Source of the DNA: Hypanus sabinus
Taxonomy: Eukaryota
Direction: 5' to 3'
DNA: 64,000 nucleotides
Assembly (NCBI RefSeq): GCF_030144855.1
Contig: NC_082712.1
Span: forward strand, 29,636,001-29,700,000
This document shows, piece after piece, positions 13,911 to 28,699 of this stretch (position 1 is the first letter of the stretch; each line of letters opens with the position of its first letter). The notes below the pieces were generated by a model. It saw nothing but the letters and a program-made list of their open reading frames with translations, was not told the origin of the DNA and made no database searches. The translations under genes and the position numbers were made by a program.

Positions 13911-16667
13911 TCTAAGACCATAAGATATAGGAGCAGAAGTAGGCCATTTGGCCCATCAAGTCAGCACCGACATTCAATCATGGGCTGATCCAATTCTTCC
14001 AGTCATCCCCACTCCCCTGCCTTTTCCCCATACCCTTTGATGCCCTGGCTAATCAAGAACCTATCTATCTCTGCCTTAAACACACTCAATGACTTGGCCT
14101 CCACACCTGCTCATGGCAACAAATTCCACAGAGTTACCACCCTCTGACTAAAGTAATTTCTTCGCATCTCTGTTCTAAATGGACGTCCTTCAATCCTGAA
14201 GTCATGTCCTCTTGTCCTGGACTCCTCTACCATGGGAAATAACTTTGACATATCTAATCTGTTCAGGCCTTTTAACATTCAGAATGTTTCTACGAGATCC
14301 CCCCCCTCGCCCTCCTGAACTCCAGGGAATTCAGCCCAAGAGCTGCCAGATGTAACCCTTTCATTCCTGGAATCATTCTTGTGAATCTTCTCTGAACCCT
14401 CTCCAATTTCAGTATATCCTTTTTAAAATAAGGAGCGCAAAACTGCAAGTGTGATCTCATGAGTGTCTTATAGAGCCTCAACATCACATCCTTGCTCTTA
14501 TATTCTGTACCTCTAGAAATGATTGCCAACATTGCATTTGCCTTCTTCACCACTGATTCAACCTGGAGGTTAACCTTTAGGGTATGCTGCACAAGGACTC
14601 CCAAGTCCCTTTGTATCACTGCATTTTGAATTCTCTCCCCATCTAAATAATAGTCTGCCCATTTATTTCTTCCACCAAAGAGCATGACCATGCAACACTG
14701 TATTTCATTTGCCAATTCTTTGCCCATTCCCCTAAACTATCAAAGTCTCTTTGCAGGCTCTCTGTTTCCTCAACACTACCCACTCCTCCACCTATCTTTG
14801 TATCATTGGCAAATTTAGCCACAAATCTATTAATCCCATAGTCCAAATCATTAACATACATCGTAAAAAGCAAAACCGACTCCTGTGGAACTCCAATGGC
14901 AGCCAGCCAGAATAGGATCCCTTTATTCCCTTTTTTCTGCCAATCAACCAATGCTCCTCTCATGCTAGTAACTTCCCTTTAATTCCATGGGCTCGTAAGT
15001 TGTTAAGCAGCCTCATGTGCAGCAGCTTGTCAAAGACCTTCTGAAAATCCAAGTACACCATATTGATTGCATCTTCTTTGCTTGTAATTCCCTCAAAAAA
15101 TTGCATTAAGTTTGTTAGGCAGGATTTTCCTTTCAGGAAACCATGCTGTCTCTGACCTATCTTGTCATGTGCCTCCAGACACAACATCTCATCCCTAACA
15201 ATTGATTCCAACAACTTCCCGACCACTGATGTCAGGCTAGCAAGTCTATTGTTTCCTTTCTGCTGCCTCCCATCCTTATTAAATAGCGGGATAACATTTG
15301 CAATTTTCCAGTCATCCAGTACAATGCCAGAGTCTATCAGATCCTGGAAGATCATTGTAAATGGTTCCACAATCTCTCCAGCTACTTCCTTCAGAACCCA
15401 CAGGTGTATTCCATCAGGTCCAGGAGATTTATCCACCTCAGACCATTAAGCTTCCTGAGCACCTTCTCAGTTGTAATTTTCACTGCACATACTTCATTTC
15501 CTTGACATTCTTGAATGTCCGGTGTACTGCAGATGTCTTCCACTGTGAAGACTGATGCAAAATACACATTCAGATCCTCTGCCATCTCTATGTCTCTCAT
15601 TACAATATCTCTTGTGTCATTTTCTATTGGTCCTATATCTACCCTCAACTCTCTTTTACTGTTTATATACTTAAAAAATGTTTAGTATCTTCTTTGATAT
15701 TAGTTGCCAGCTTCCTTTCATAATTAATTTTTTTCCTTCCTAATGACCTTCTAAGTTTTCTTCTGCGGGTTTTTAAAAGCTTCCCAATCCTATATCTTCC
15801 CACTAGCTTTGCTTCCTTGTATGCTGTCTTTTGCTTTTACTTTGGCTCTGACTTCACTTGTCAGCCACATTAGTATCCTTCTTCCATTCAAAAATTTCTA
15901 ATTTGGAATATATCTGTCTTGCACTTCCCTCATTTTTCACAGAAATTCCAGCCATTGCTGATCTGCATCCTTCCTGCTAGTGTCCCTTTCCAGTCAACTT
16001 TGGTGAGTTCCCCTCGCATGCCATTGTAATTTCCTTTGCACCACTGAAATACAGACACATTGGAATTTAGTTTATCCTTCTCAAATTTCAAAGTGAACTC
16101 AATCATATTGTGATCACAGTTCCCTAAGGGTTCCTTAATCTTAAACTCTCTTATCACCTCCAGATCATTCCACAACACACAATCCAGCACAGCCTAGTGG
16201 GCTCAACAACAAGCTGTTCTAAAAAGCCATCCCTTAGACATTCTACAAATTCTCTCTTTTGAGGACTGGTTTTTCCAATTCACTTTCATGTTAAAATCCC
16301 CAACAATTATCATGACATTGCCCTTCTAACATGCCTTTTCTATCTCCTGCTGTAATTTGTAATCCACATCCCAGCTGCTGTTTGGAGGCCTGTATACAAC
16401 TACAATCAAGGTCCTTTTATTGTTGCCATTTCTTAACTCAACCCATACAGACTCTACAGCTTCCGATCCTATTTCATCCCTTTCTAATGAATTAATATTG
16501 TTTCTTATATACAGGATCACACCCCCCCACCGCCCCATCTACTAAGTTATCTTTCCAATACACTGTATGTCCTTGGACATTCAACTCCCAATAGCAGCCA
16601 TCCTTTAGTTAAGTTTCAGAGATGGCCACAATATCATTCTTGCCAATCTGAATTTCAAGATCGTCCA
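13911..16667 (-). mobile_element. CR1 LINE ORF2 (endonuclease to RT) nested in another CR1
   Basis: ORFs with GGVILYIR/VVYRPPN, DKSPGPDGIH, QHGFLKGKSCLTN, YLDFQKVFD, GVPQ and KFANDTKIGG; flanked by taagtc at 13905-13910 and 16668-16673. Confidence 0.9.
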
Positions 16668-17690
16668 TAAGTCCTGCTGCAATATGATTGCTTCCTCAGC
16701 ACTACCTACTCCTCCACCTATCTTCATAACTTTGCCACAAAACCATCAATTGCACTATCCAAACCACTGACAATGTGAAAAGTAGCGACTCTAATACTGA
16801 CCCCTAAAGAACATCACTAGTCACTAGCAGCCAACCAGAAAAGCCCCCTTTCTTCCCACATGCTGCCTCCTGCTGGTCAGCCATTCATCTAACCATGCCC
16901 GTATATGTCCTGTAACGCCATAGGGATTTTATCTTAAGGAGCCTCAGATGAGGCACCTTATCAAATGCTTTCTGAAAAATGACACCTACAGCCTCTCCTT
17001 TCTCCACCCTGCTTGTTACTTCTTTGAAGAATTCAAACAGATTTTTCAGACAATTTGTCTTTACAGAAACCGTGCTGATGTTGACTTTAGCATTAGTTTC
17101 CAAGCACCCCAAAACCTCGTCCTTAATAATGGACGCCAACACTTTCCTAACTGCCTGAAACTCTTTTCCTAGATGCTGTCTGGCCTGCTGAATTCCTCCA
17201 GAATTTTGTATGTGTTGCCCAACCACTGAGATTAGCCTAACTGGCCTATAATTTCCTCTTTTTTTTCGTCTTCCTCACTTCTTAAAGAATGGAGTGACAT
17301 TTGCAATTATCCAGTCCTCAAGGATCATGCCAGAATCAAGTGATTCTCGAAAGATCATGACCAATACATCCGTTATCTCTCCAGCAACCTCGCTCAGGAC
17401 TTTGGGGTGTAGTCCATCTGGTCCAGGTGACTTTTCCACCTTAAGAATTTTGAGCTTGCCTAGCACATTTTCCTTTGTAATAGCAATGACACTCACTCCT
17501 GCCCCTGACGCCCACGGACCTCTGGTATACAGCTGGTGTCTTCCACAATAAAGACTGAAGAGAAGTACTTATTAGGTTCATCTACCATTTCTATGTCCCC
17601 GATTACTACCTCACCAGCACCACTTTCTAGTGGCCCAATACCAACTCTCACCTCCCTTTTATTCTTTATGTGACTGGAAAAAAACGTTTA
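16668..17690 (-). mobile_element. CR1 LINE (host element, 5' part)
   Basis: KSPGPDGLHP, FQKAFDKVPH; reads on from the 13115-13910 piece; small Penelope-type insert at about 17155-17220. Confidence 0.85.
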
Positions 17691-19959
17691 GAATATATTA
17701 CTACTTCTCGGTTTAATAATCTCGGAGTTATTTGTCCTGTAATACCTGACGCTGAAAGTTTTCCACGTGGTGTTTCTTACTGTCAATTTACGATGGTTTA
17801 ATTTATAATCCCCAAAATCCCGCGTCTGTTCATATAATTGTAAATAGAGATTATCGAGGTCCCCACGCAAGGATGGCACGCAAATTTGCGACGCGTTCTT
17901 TTTTTGCTGTCGCATGCGGTAAAGCCCCCTCGATTCCAAGCAGTAAGTCAACACATGCTCGGTAATCGTGAAGGACAAGCATATCTTCTCCGTTGTTTTC
18001 TACAGTATACCGTCAGTGAATTAAAACAGAGTGCCGGATGGACTCGCAGAGTGAATCTACCAATTCAGACTGAGCATAAAAATGTAAGAACCTTTTTGTT
18101 TCACTTATTGCGCGAAGGGAATGAAAAGATGTTGCCCCAATTTTATAAACGACTTACTCAAGCGAGTTGCTGGTACATTCACTTTCTAAAGAAACACACG
18201 AAGGAGCAGGCTTCAGTCAATTTAGCGGATTTCACATGCATACACAGAATGGAAGTGAGGGGGCTCAGTTGGAAATGCACTTGTACTTTGCATTAATTGT
18301 ATTTTACTGATCAGTTACCTTGGAAAATTGGCCTCAGTTGGTCATTGGTCCTTGCCAATGTCGCTTTTAAGCATCCACGAATGACATGTTTAAACGAATT
18401 TCTCTCATCGAAGAGTTACACGCCAAGCTATTTTGGGATTGCGCTTCAGATTAGACTGCGACCTCTCAGCAAAACCTGCAGCTCTGCGGAGCGATGAGGC
18501 CCTCTGGACATTTGAACTGACCCCAAACGCGCTAGAGCAACAGTAGCACTCGAATAATGTGATGGAACTAGGGCCCCATTAGGGGGAAGGCACTGTACAC
18601 TTTTGTATAATTGAGAACATTCAAAGACACTGCCATGGAAACCAGAATCACACACCAAAGACAGAGACCGAGATGAAAGACCTCTTGCAAGTGTTAATCA
18701 AAAGGAACAGGCATTGCCATTAACAATCCTTGTTTACAGTGGCCTTTTTGTCCTTGACTCCTGCAATAAATCTCAAAGAACGCACCTCACCTTAATATTA
18801 GCAAAAAAAAACAGCGAACTGCTGGAGGAACTCCAGCGGATTGAACAGAAAATAGTCAAAGTTCGGAATGAGACACTGCATCCTGAGTCGAGTGCCGCTC
18901 GCCCCGATTAGTTCCTCCAGCGGTTTGATTTTGTTGCAGATTCCAGCATCTGCAGTCCCGAGTCTCACCTGTTCAGTTTTACAGCCTTTGAACCTTAGCG
19001 ACTTCCATTTACAGGTGGTGGATGATCGGAGCCGTAGCCACAAGCAGATGTGAATAGGTGCCACGGTGCGGACCTCCAATGGATCCATATGGCGAGGGTC
19101 TTCTGCAAAACCTACGACGGGAGCCTTCTACTGCCGAATTTACAACGCTTTCCTTTACTCAGCCATTTCCTCATTACCTTTCCCTTTCATTCATTCAAAG
19201 GACCTAGGGTCCTTAATATATATTAGTGCAATCCGTTGTCTTCAGCAGTTTCCTTTCATGCAAGGTAAGCACTGCATACAAATTTTTTTAAAGTGCCGGG
19301 AATCTAAATTTGGATAATCATGAAAAGCCCCTACGTCCTTTTAAAAATATATATGTATCTCCCCACTTCGCAACATAAGAAGCTGGTCAGGTGTTCACCA
19401 GAATATAAAGTAGCTAAAAATATATATTGGGGAAAAAAACAAACTGCAGATGCTGTAAATCTGAAACAAAAACATGAATTCTGTCCTGTTTGTTATAAAC
19501 ATCAAACAGAACAGATATGTGGGAAGAGAGGCTGAGACAACGCTTCAGGTTATAGACCCTTTTACAGACTTGTAATAATGCGGTTATGTTAAAATATCCT
19601 TTCTCCTCGCCCTATTCTAATTCAATATCAAGCATGTGTTTAAATTCTGAGAAACTGGAATATTATTAAAGGCGTAATTTTCTCTACAACGTCCTCCCTT
19701 GTATTGTTTGTTTTCAAGCAGATGCAATGATAAATGGGTTAACTTTAGTACAAAAGCATTTAATAATGATGACAATGAACACTCCACCTTGGCACCTTTT
19801 CAAAAATGTTAAATAAATCACCTCGTTTACACTTGTTGAACTACAAAAAATAATGAGATCTCATCTTCAACATTACTCAGTCGTACCACTTAACTCCAAG
19901 AAAAAGTATTACTGGATCATCACAGCAGCTCTCGTCCTCTAATTTCAACCCTCAGTCTA

Positions 19960-20135
19960 CTTAGGGCGGGGTTCCATTCCTATCCCGAACAGCCCACACA
20001 TCGAAGAAGCGACCGCGAACTGAATTCAGCCAGCAGCCGGCAAATCCGCCGGTCTCCGAAACGCTCGCATGTACGAGCTGTACAGATACGGCGCATGCAA
20101 CTCGGAACCTTGCACTACGTAGAACCACATCATAC
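19960..20135. promoter_or_regulatory. Orphan CpG-rich promoter-like element
   Basis: Dense CpG, GC box GGGCGGGG (19964-19971), NRF1-like GCGCATGC (20091-20098), loose ZNF143-like ACTAC motif (20114). No coding exon identified nearby. Confidence 0.45.
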
Positions 20136-21013
20136 TAATTCAATTAATTCTCTAATACTACAGATAGCATTCTGATCTCAACTGATATTAATTAAAATAC
20201 TAGGAGCAGTTTTGGGAAGGATATTCAGACTACGGCAATGGCCAAGTTAGGATTGTCGGTGGTAATAGCAGTTTAGCTCATGTTTGTTGTGGAATCCACA
20301 TTTCCCAACAAAACTTTAAAATAAATTAAATTGTGGTAATCAGTAATTAAGACCAAAATTATGTATGGAATCCAGATTTTCAAACTGACTCATTAGCACT
20401 GTATCTGTCTCATCCTCCATATGAAACTAAATTGAAATTTAAAGTTATGAAAGGTCATTAACCATAAACATTAGCACAGTTGTTCTCCGGTCAGATGCCC
20501 TGCCTCTCTGGCTATCCCAATGTTTTTGTAAAATTTAGATTACATTATTTCCATATATGGAAACCCAATTCCTAACTATTTCATTAATTCTGCCTAGTTG
20601 ATATATATAAATGTAAGCCCAAACTATTTGCTTAGAAAATTTGAAGCCCTTTTCCAACATTCTAGAAATTAAAGGATTAGTTAATTATCAATTATACTGA
20701 TGGAAATATAATAGGTTGGGGACAGGGGTTCTGGATGTCAGATCCAATGCTTGTGTTTAGGCCACAGTGTGTAGATTGGAGGCCCAGACGTGTCCTGCTC
20801 TGGGGTTGGAGACTTGTCTGTGTGAGAGTGGGTAGGTGGAAGAGAGGAAAGGGGCTTGCAGTTTGACAGTGGTGCAGGTTTGTTTTGGTGCTGCTGCTTG
20901 TGTTGTTCTCCTGATCTTGCTATGTTGGTGCCAGAATGAATAGTGACACTTAGGGGCTGCTCCCAGCACATCCTGTGCTGCAAATGACCCACTTAACAGT
21001 ACGTTTGAATATA

Positions 21014-22614
<1,601 letters not shown>

Positions 22615-23524
22615 TGCATGTGCTAAATGAATCTGGATTAAATAGCTAACAAAGACTATTGAATTGGTGCAGGTGTGGCATTATGACTGATGTCCAGTTA
22701 TTCTGTTTCCAAAGAAAATCAGTTATATTGTTCCTGTATTATTCCACAGACTAACAGACACCCTTAATCCAACTGCAATAGCTTACTCCACATTCTGTGT
22801 GAACAATATAATTAGAATGGACTTTGACCAAGGTGCAAGTATATGAAAGGAGTCTCTGGATAACCACATGAAACTGGAACCCCAGAAATGGTTGCAACTT
22901 TCATCAAAGCACCCAGACACTATTTTTTCCAGTTGTTACTCATGATAAAATTACATACTGAAGACCTCTCAACTCTGAACAGAGTATCTACCCATGGGAC
23001 AAAATTGTAGATGTTCCAATGTTACAGCCTCTAGCAGTATCCGAATCACCCTCATCCTGAAAATGCTATCACCAGGCCATAAGTAGTCCAAATTAAAAAG
23101 AAGCAACATTTTTAGAAGTGTGTTCATTTACTTGCCAGAGTAAAGATTTGATCATTCTATGGTGCCACATGCAGGAAAAGCAACATTAAAAAATGTGGCT
23201 ATGCTTTACATTGATTTACACATGGCCTATACATTCCCTACTAGTTTACATACCTGTCTAAATGCTTGTGGAGCATTACTATCCATTTCCACTACTTCCC
23301 CTTGACAGTACTTTCTGAGCATCTACCACTGTGTAAAACAAACTGCTTTAACTTTAATGCTATGTCCTCTCACATTTGACTTCTCAACCTGAGGAAGTGC
23401 AACTGTCTACTCCATCCAGGCCCCTCAATTTCCTATACTTCCATTAGACCCTCAGCCCAAAAGCACCGCAGACGAAACAATCCACATAAGATTAGCTTCT
23501 CTGTTACGCTAATACTCTCCAATG

Positions 23525-24677
23525 GATAAACCAACTCATCCTGGGCTGCCGTCCCCACATGCTTCAAATCATGCAGCATATTCCTGTATCAAAGAACTGT
23601 ACACCTTCAGAACTGAACAACTACTGCCCAGTGACAATGACACTAATCATCAGGAATCTTTGAATGGCTGGTAATGGCACATATCAAAACTCCATTCCTG
23701 CCACACTGGACACTCACCAATACGCTTACCAACAGCACCTCTCTACGACAGATGCCATAGCATCAGTCATGCATCTGACCCTGACGTATCTAGAAAACAA
23801 GGCCACTTACGTCAGAATGCTGTTTCTGGAATTCAGTTCAGCATTTAACACTAATCAACAGACTTCAGGTAGTCAGGACGCACAACTGCTCTTTCCTCCC
23901 CATTATCCTCAAAATGGGTGCCCCCAGGGTTGTGCGATGAACTCACACATGACTGCATAGCCAGACAGCTAAGTAATCACTTTGCCAAGTTCGCCGATGA
24001 CATCACAGTGGTGGGGCTCATCACTGACAATGATGAGATGGCCAACAGAGAGGAGGTGGAAGAGCTTGAGGCCTGGTACCATGTAAATAACCTCTTCCCC
24101 AATGTCAACAAGGCAAAGGAGATAGTTATCGACTTCATGAGAAATTATACCACTTACATCCCACTTCACTCAGCAGCACAGCAGTGGAAACTGAGCAGTT
24201 TCAAACTCCTGGAAGTGCACAGCACACACAACCTCTCATGGTCCCAGAACATATTCTACACTATTAGGAAAGCTCACCAACGCCTCTGCTTTCTGAGGAG
24301 GCTGAAAAAGCATTTTATAGATGTGCAGTGCAGAACATCTCAACATGCTGCATCACTGCTTGGTATAGAAACTGGTAGGCAGGAGGCTCTACAACGCATC
24401 AAATGTACCCAATGTATCACTAGCAGCACCCTACCCATCATGAAAGGAGTATGAGTAGGAAGGTCCTGGAAAAAGGCTAGTAACATCATGAAAGATCCCA
24501 CCCACCCTACTCATGGATTGTTTGTCCCACTCCCATCAGGGAGAAGGCTACAAAGTCAGGAGCACCTGACTCAAAAACAGTTACTTTCCCTAAGCAGTAA
24601 AGTCACCAATATTTTATCATTTCCTGTCTGTCACCTAGTATACAGACACTCCTGTGCCTAGCATCATTTTATGGATC
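23525..24677 (+). mobile_element. Rex1/Babar-like LINE RT fragment (tail resumes at about 26514-26665)
   Basis: QYAYQ..STTDAI, RMLFLEFSSAFNT, PQGC, KFADDITVVGLI, KAHQRLCFLRRL. Confidence 0.85.
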
Positions 24678-24679
24678 TA

Positions 24680-26511
24680 CAGTGGTGCTAGAAAGCTTGT
24701 GAACCCTGTAGAATTTTCCCCACTTCTGCACAGATACGACCTAAAATGTTATCAGATCTTTAAGCAAGTCCTAAAACTAGATAAGTGTTGGCACGTGCCC
24801 TCGTGGGGAAGGCATCAGACTGGTAACCTGAAGGTCACTGGTTCAAGCCTCAGCTGAGGCAGCGTGTTTATGTCCTTGAGCAAGGCACCAGTGCCAAGCT
24901 GCATGGGTCCTAGTGCCCTTCCCTTGGACAACATCAGTGGTGTGGAGAAGGAAAAGCCTGCAGCTTGGGCAACTGCTGGTCTCCCATACAACCCTGCCCA
25001 GGCCTGCGCCCTGGAAACTCCAGGCGCAGATCCATGGTGTCTCAAGACCAACGGATGCCACCACCAAAACTAGATAAAGAGAACCCAATTAAATAAATAA
25101 CATGAAAAAACATTATACTTGTTCATTTAGTTATTTAAAAATTATCTAATATTACATGTTTGTTGGAAAAAGTATGTGAACTTCTGGGGTAATGCATTCT
25201 ACAAAAGCTATTTGGAGTCAGATGTTCTAATCAATGAGAATTGATCAGAGGTGTTGGTTGTCGAGGTGCCCTGCACTATAAACAAGACACACAAAGTCAG
25301 GTTTCTGACAGAGCCTGCTTTTCTCAAAAAAGACTTAATGTACACCATGCCTCAACCGAAGCAACTTTCAGAGGATCTTAAAAGAATTATAGAGATGCAT
25401 GAAGCTGGAAAAGACTGCAGAAGCATTTCTAAAGACCCGAGTGTTCATCAGCCCACAGTAAGGAGGAAATTCAATGCTGTTGCTACTCTCCCAATGAGTG
25501 GGCATCCAGCAAATATCACATCACAAGTACAACGTACAATGCTGAAGGAGGTAAAAAAGAACCTAAGGGTAATAGCAAGAGACTTGCAGAAATCTCTAGA
25601 AATTGCTAAAATCTCTATTTGTGTGTCACTGTAAGAAAAACACTGAACAAGAATGGTTTTCATGAAAGGACATCATGGAGACAATTTTCTCCAAAGCTAA
25701 TACTGCAAGCCTCAAGTTAGCAAAAGACTACCTGGATGCTCTACAGCACTTCTGGGACAATGTTCTATGGACAGATGAGACAAAGTTGAACTTTATGGCA
25801 GAAATGCATGTTGCTATATTTAGAGGGAAAACGTCACTGCGCACCAACACCAAAACCTCGTCCCATCTATGAACCATGGTGGAAGGAGCATCATGGTTTG
25901 ATGCTGCTTTGCCGCTTCAGGGCCTGGACAACTTGCAATCGCTGACGGAACAATGAATTCAAAATTGTATCCAGACACTTTACAGGAGAGTGTCAGGGTA
26001 GCAGTCTGTCACCTGAAACTTAATAGAAGTTGGATGATACAACAAGGCAATGATCTGAAAGACAAGAGTAAATCAACAACATAATGGTTTAAAAAGAAGA
26101 AAATTTGTGTTTTGGAATGGCCAAGCCAAAGTCCTAACTTTAATCAATAGAAATATTGTAGAGGAAGCAGTTCATGCAAGGAAGCCATCAACACCCCAGA
26201 GCTGAAGCAGTTTTATATGCAGGAATGGCCTAAAATTCCTCCAGGCCAAGTGCAGGACTGATTAACAGTTACCAGAAATGCTTGGTTGAAGTTATTGCTG
26301 TACAAAGGTTCTCCTACTTTTTCCAACAAATACATGTAATATTGGATAATTTTTCTCAATAAATAAATGAACGAGTATAATATTTTTTGTGTTATTTATT
26401 TAATTGGGTTCTATCTAGTTTTAGGACTTGAGTGAAGATCTGATCACATTTTAGGTCATAATTATGCAGAAAGAAAATTCTACGGGGTTCACAAACTTTT
26501 TAGCACCTCAG
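24680..26511 (+). mobile_element. Tc1/mariner IR/DR-type DNA transposon (second family), inactivated
   Basis: TA at 24678 and 26512; about 205-bp TIRs (cagtggtgctagaaagcttgtgaacc / ggttcacaaactttttagcacc). Transposase from 25347: MPQPKQLSEDL, VLWTDETK, HGGRSIMV, LEWPSQSP. Confidence 0.95.
24785..25065 (+). mobile_element. tRNA-derived SINE with RTE-like tail, inserted in the Tc1 left TIR
   Basis: 12-bp TSD aaaactagataa (24773-24784 and 25066-25077); B-box GGTTCAAGCC; gtccttgagcaaggcac core; tail ...gaccaacggatgc(cac)n. The right TIR shows the empty site. Confidence 0.85.
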
Positions 26512-26664
26512 TACAATCAAAGCCATCTTGTGTATTTATATTTATTGCAATTTGTATTATTATATCTTGTGCTTTTCTGTGCTGCACCAGATCTAGGGTA
26601 ACAATTACTTTGTTCTCCTTTAAGCTTGTGCACTGGAAATGGCATTAAATAATTCTGAATCTTG

Positions 26665-27345
26665 AAACATCCTGATGAACCTCTTCAGCACTTCTCCAAA
26701 GTCTTCACATCCTTCCTACAGTGCAGTGATCGGAATGGCACATAATACTTCAAATGTGGTGTAACCAAAATTTCATACAGCTGCAATATGACTTCTCAAC
26801 TTTTATTCTCAATGCTCAGAATGATAAAGGTATACCATATTTTGTCATTAAAGGCTTATCAACGTGTTTTCACTTTCCAAAAGCTATAAACTTGTACCTC
26901 ATGATCTTTCTGTATACCAGTACTTCATAGGTTCCTGCTATTTACTGTACATTTTCCTCATGCTTATCTGAATTACACCCATCTTCCCAATTTATATCTT
27001 GCTGAATCCTCTGACAACTTTCCTTACTGACCAATTTTTTTTATCGTTTACAAACTTACCAATCAGCACACCTACCTTTCCTCCCAATAATATATCACAG
27101 TAAGTTACTAGAATTGATCCCTATAGAACACACTGGTAAGACCTCTAGTCACTATTACACTCCTCCACTACTACCTTCTGTCTTCTATGGCCAAGTCAAT
27201 TTTGAATGCAATTTATCATGTCTCCATGTATCCTATGCACCTTAATTTTCTGGATTGACCTACAAGAGATCTTGGTGAATGTGTTTCTGAAGTCCAGGTA
27301 CACACCATCCGGTCTTATCCTCAATGTAGTAAACAACATTGGTAT
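26665..27345 (-). mobile_element. Degraded CR1 fragment
   Basis: Plus-strand tcacatccttccta...gcacataatacttcaaatgtggt matches the antisense CR1 RT 3' region seen elsewhere in the window. Confidence 0.6.
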
Positions 27346-27349
27346 CTAT

Positions 27350-28120
27350 CCAAATCTGATGTTTAATGGAAACAAGTGTGAGGTGTTGCACTTTGGGAGG
27401 ACAAACCAGTGTAAGATTGCAGTAAATGGTAGAACACTGAGGTATGTTATATAGCAAAGGGACTTGGGAATACAGATCCATAATTCCTTGAAAGTGGCAT
27501 CACAGGTAGGATGGGCTGTAAAGAGGTTCATAAATCACAGCATTGAGTACAGGAATTGGGATGTTATGTTGAAGATGTACAACAAGTTTGGCCAAGATTG
27601 GAGTACTGCATGCAGTTCTGGTCACCAACCTACAGGAAATTTATCAATAAACTTGAAAGAATGTAGAGAAAATTTACAATGTTGCTGGGACTTGAGGTCC
27701 TGAGTTATAAGGAAAGCTTGAATAGCTTGGGACTTTATTTCCTGGAGAGTAGTAGAATGAGGGAAGATCTCTAAAAGGTATATAAGATTATGAGGGGTAT
27801 AGATAAGTTGAATACACACAGGGTTTTTTCTCACCAGGTTGGGTGAAACTAAATTAGAAGTCTTAGGTTAAGGATGAAATGTGAAATATTTAAGGTGAAT
27901 CTTCATTCAACGGATGGTCCAAATATGGAACAAGCCAGTGGAAGTGATAGACAGAGGTTTGAATTGTAACATCTAAGAGAAATTTAGATAGGTAGATGGA
28001 TGGGAGAGTTTTGGAGGTATATGGTCTAGATGCAGGTGAATGGGACTAGGCAGATTGGGTCAGCACATGACTAGATGGGCCACAATCTATTTTCTTGATG
28101 CAGTATTCTGTGACTATGGG
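27350..28120 (+). mobile_element. CR1 LINE 3' fragment
   Basis: FNGNKCEVLHFGRTN, GIQIHNSLKVASQV, IEYRNWDVML. Confidence 0.85.
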
Positions 28121-28699
28121 AGAGTCATAGAAAACAACATTAAAACCCTATGATGAATTTTAGGGTTTACTGATTTTCACCGGGAAAATACAAACATCAG
28201 ATAAATTACAGGACATATTGAGGACCATAAGAACATCTTTATTAACTATGGAGAAAAATTTTGTGTGGCTATTTTTAAAACAAATCAGTAGCTCATGATG
28301 CAATTGAAGTATGGCTCATAATTCATCAAAAAAGGACATTTATATATATGCAATTAAATTCCATTTATGCTCCCTTTTGTAATATCACATTCTACTGTAT
28401 GTGCCACTTAAAATTACACAAATATTTGAACCGTCCAACAGTTCCAAAATGGACATGAACTGAAAAGTGTAGTCAATGAAACACAGTACATTGCCACATT
28501 AAAACAAATCAATCTAGTTAGGTCTGAAGGGTCTTGATAATTGGTAATACGAAGAACTGATGTTGATTGTTTAAAAAGGCATTTGTCATGATCAATTAAC
28601 CCAGTTCTACATGATAGAAACACATTAAAAGCAACTAAATAAATTAGGTTCATTTGAGAAAAAATGCTGAGTTCCAAGTAGTGCAGTGAAATCCATCTT

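Noticed and set aside
17688-18296. ORFs 17688-17978 (-) and 17886-18296 (+) as viral or Polinton-like proteins
   Set aside because: No diagnostic motif recognised, they are short and have non-ATG starts. A BLASTP/HHpred hit would be needed to revive this.
19870-19928. Possible C/D snoRNA on the minus strand (GTGATGA...CTGA)
   Set aside because: Only about 47 nt from box C to CTGA, no second D box or convincing terminal stem, and no rRNA complement recognised.
24785-24860. tRNA gene
   Set aside because: It is the tRNA-derived head of a SINE with TSD and tail, not an intact cloverleaf.
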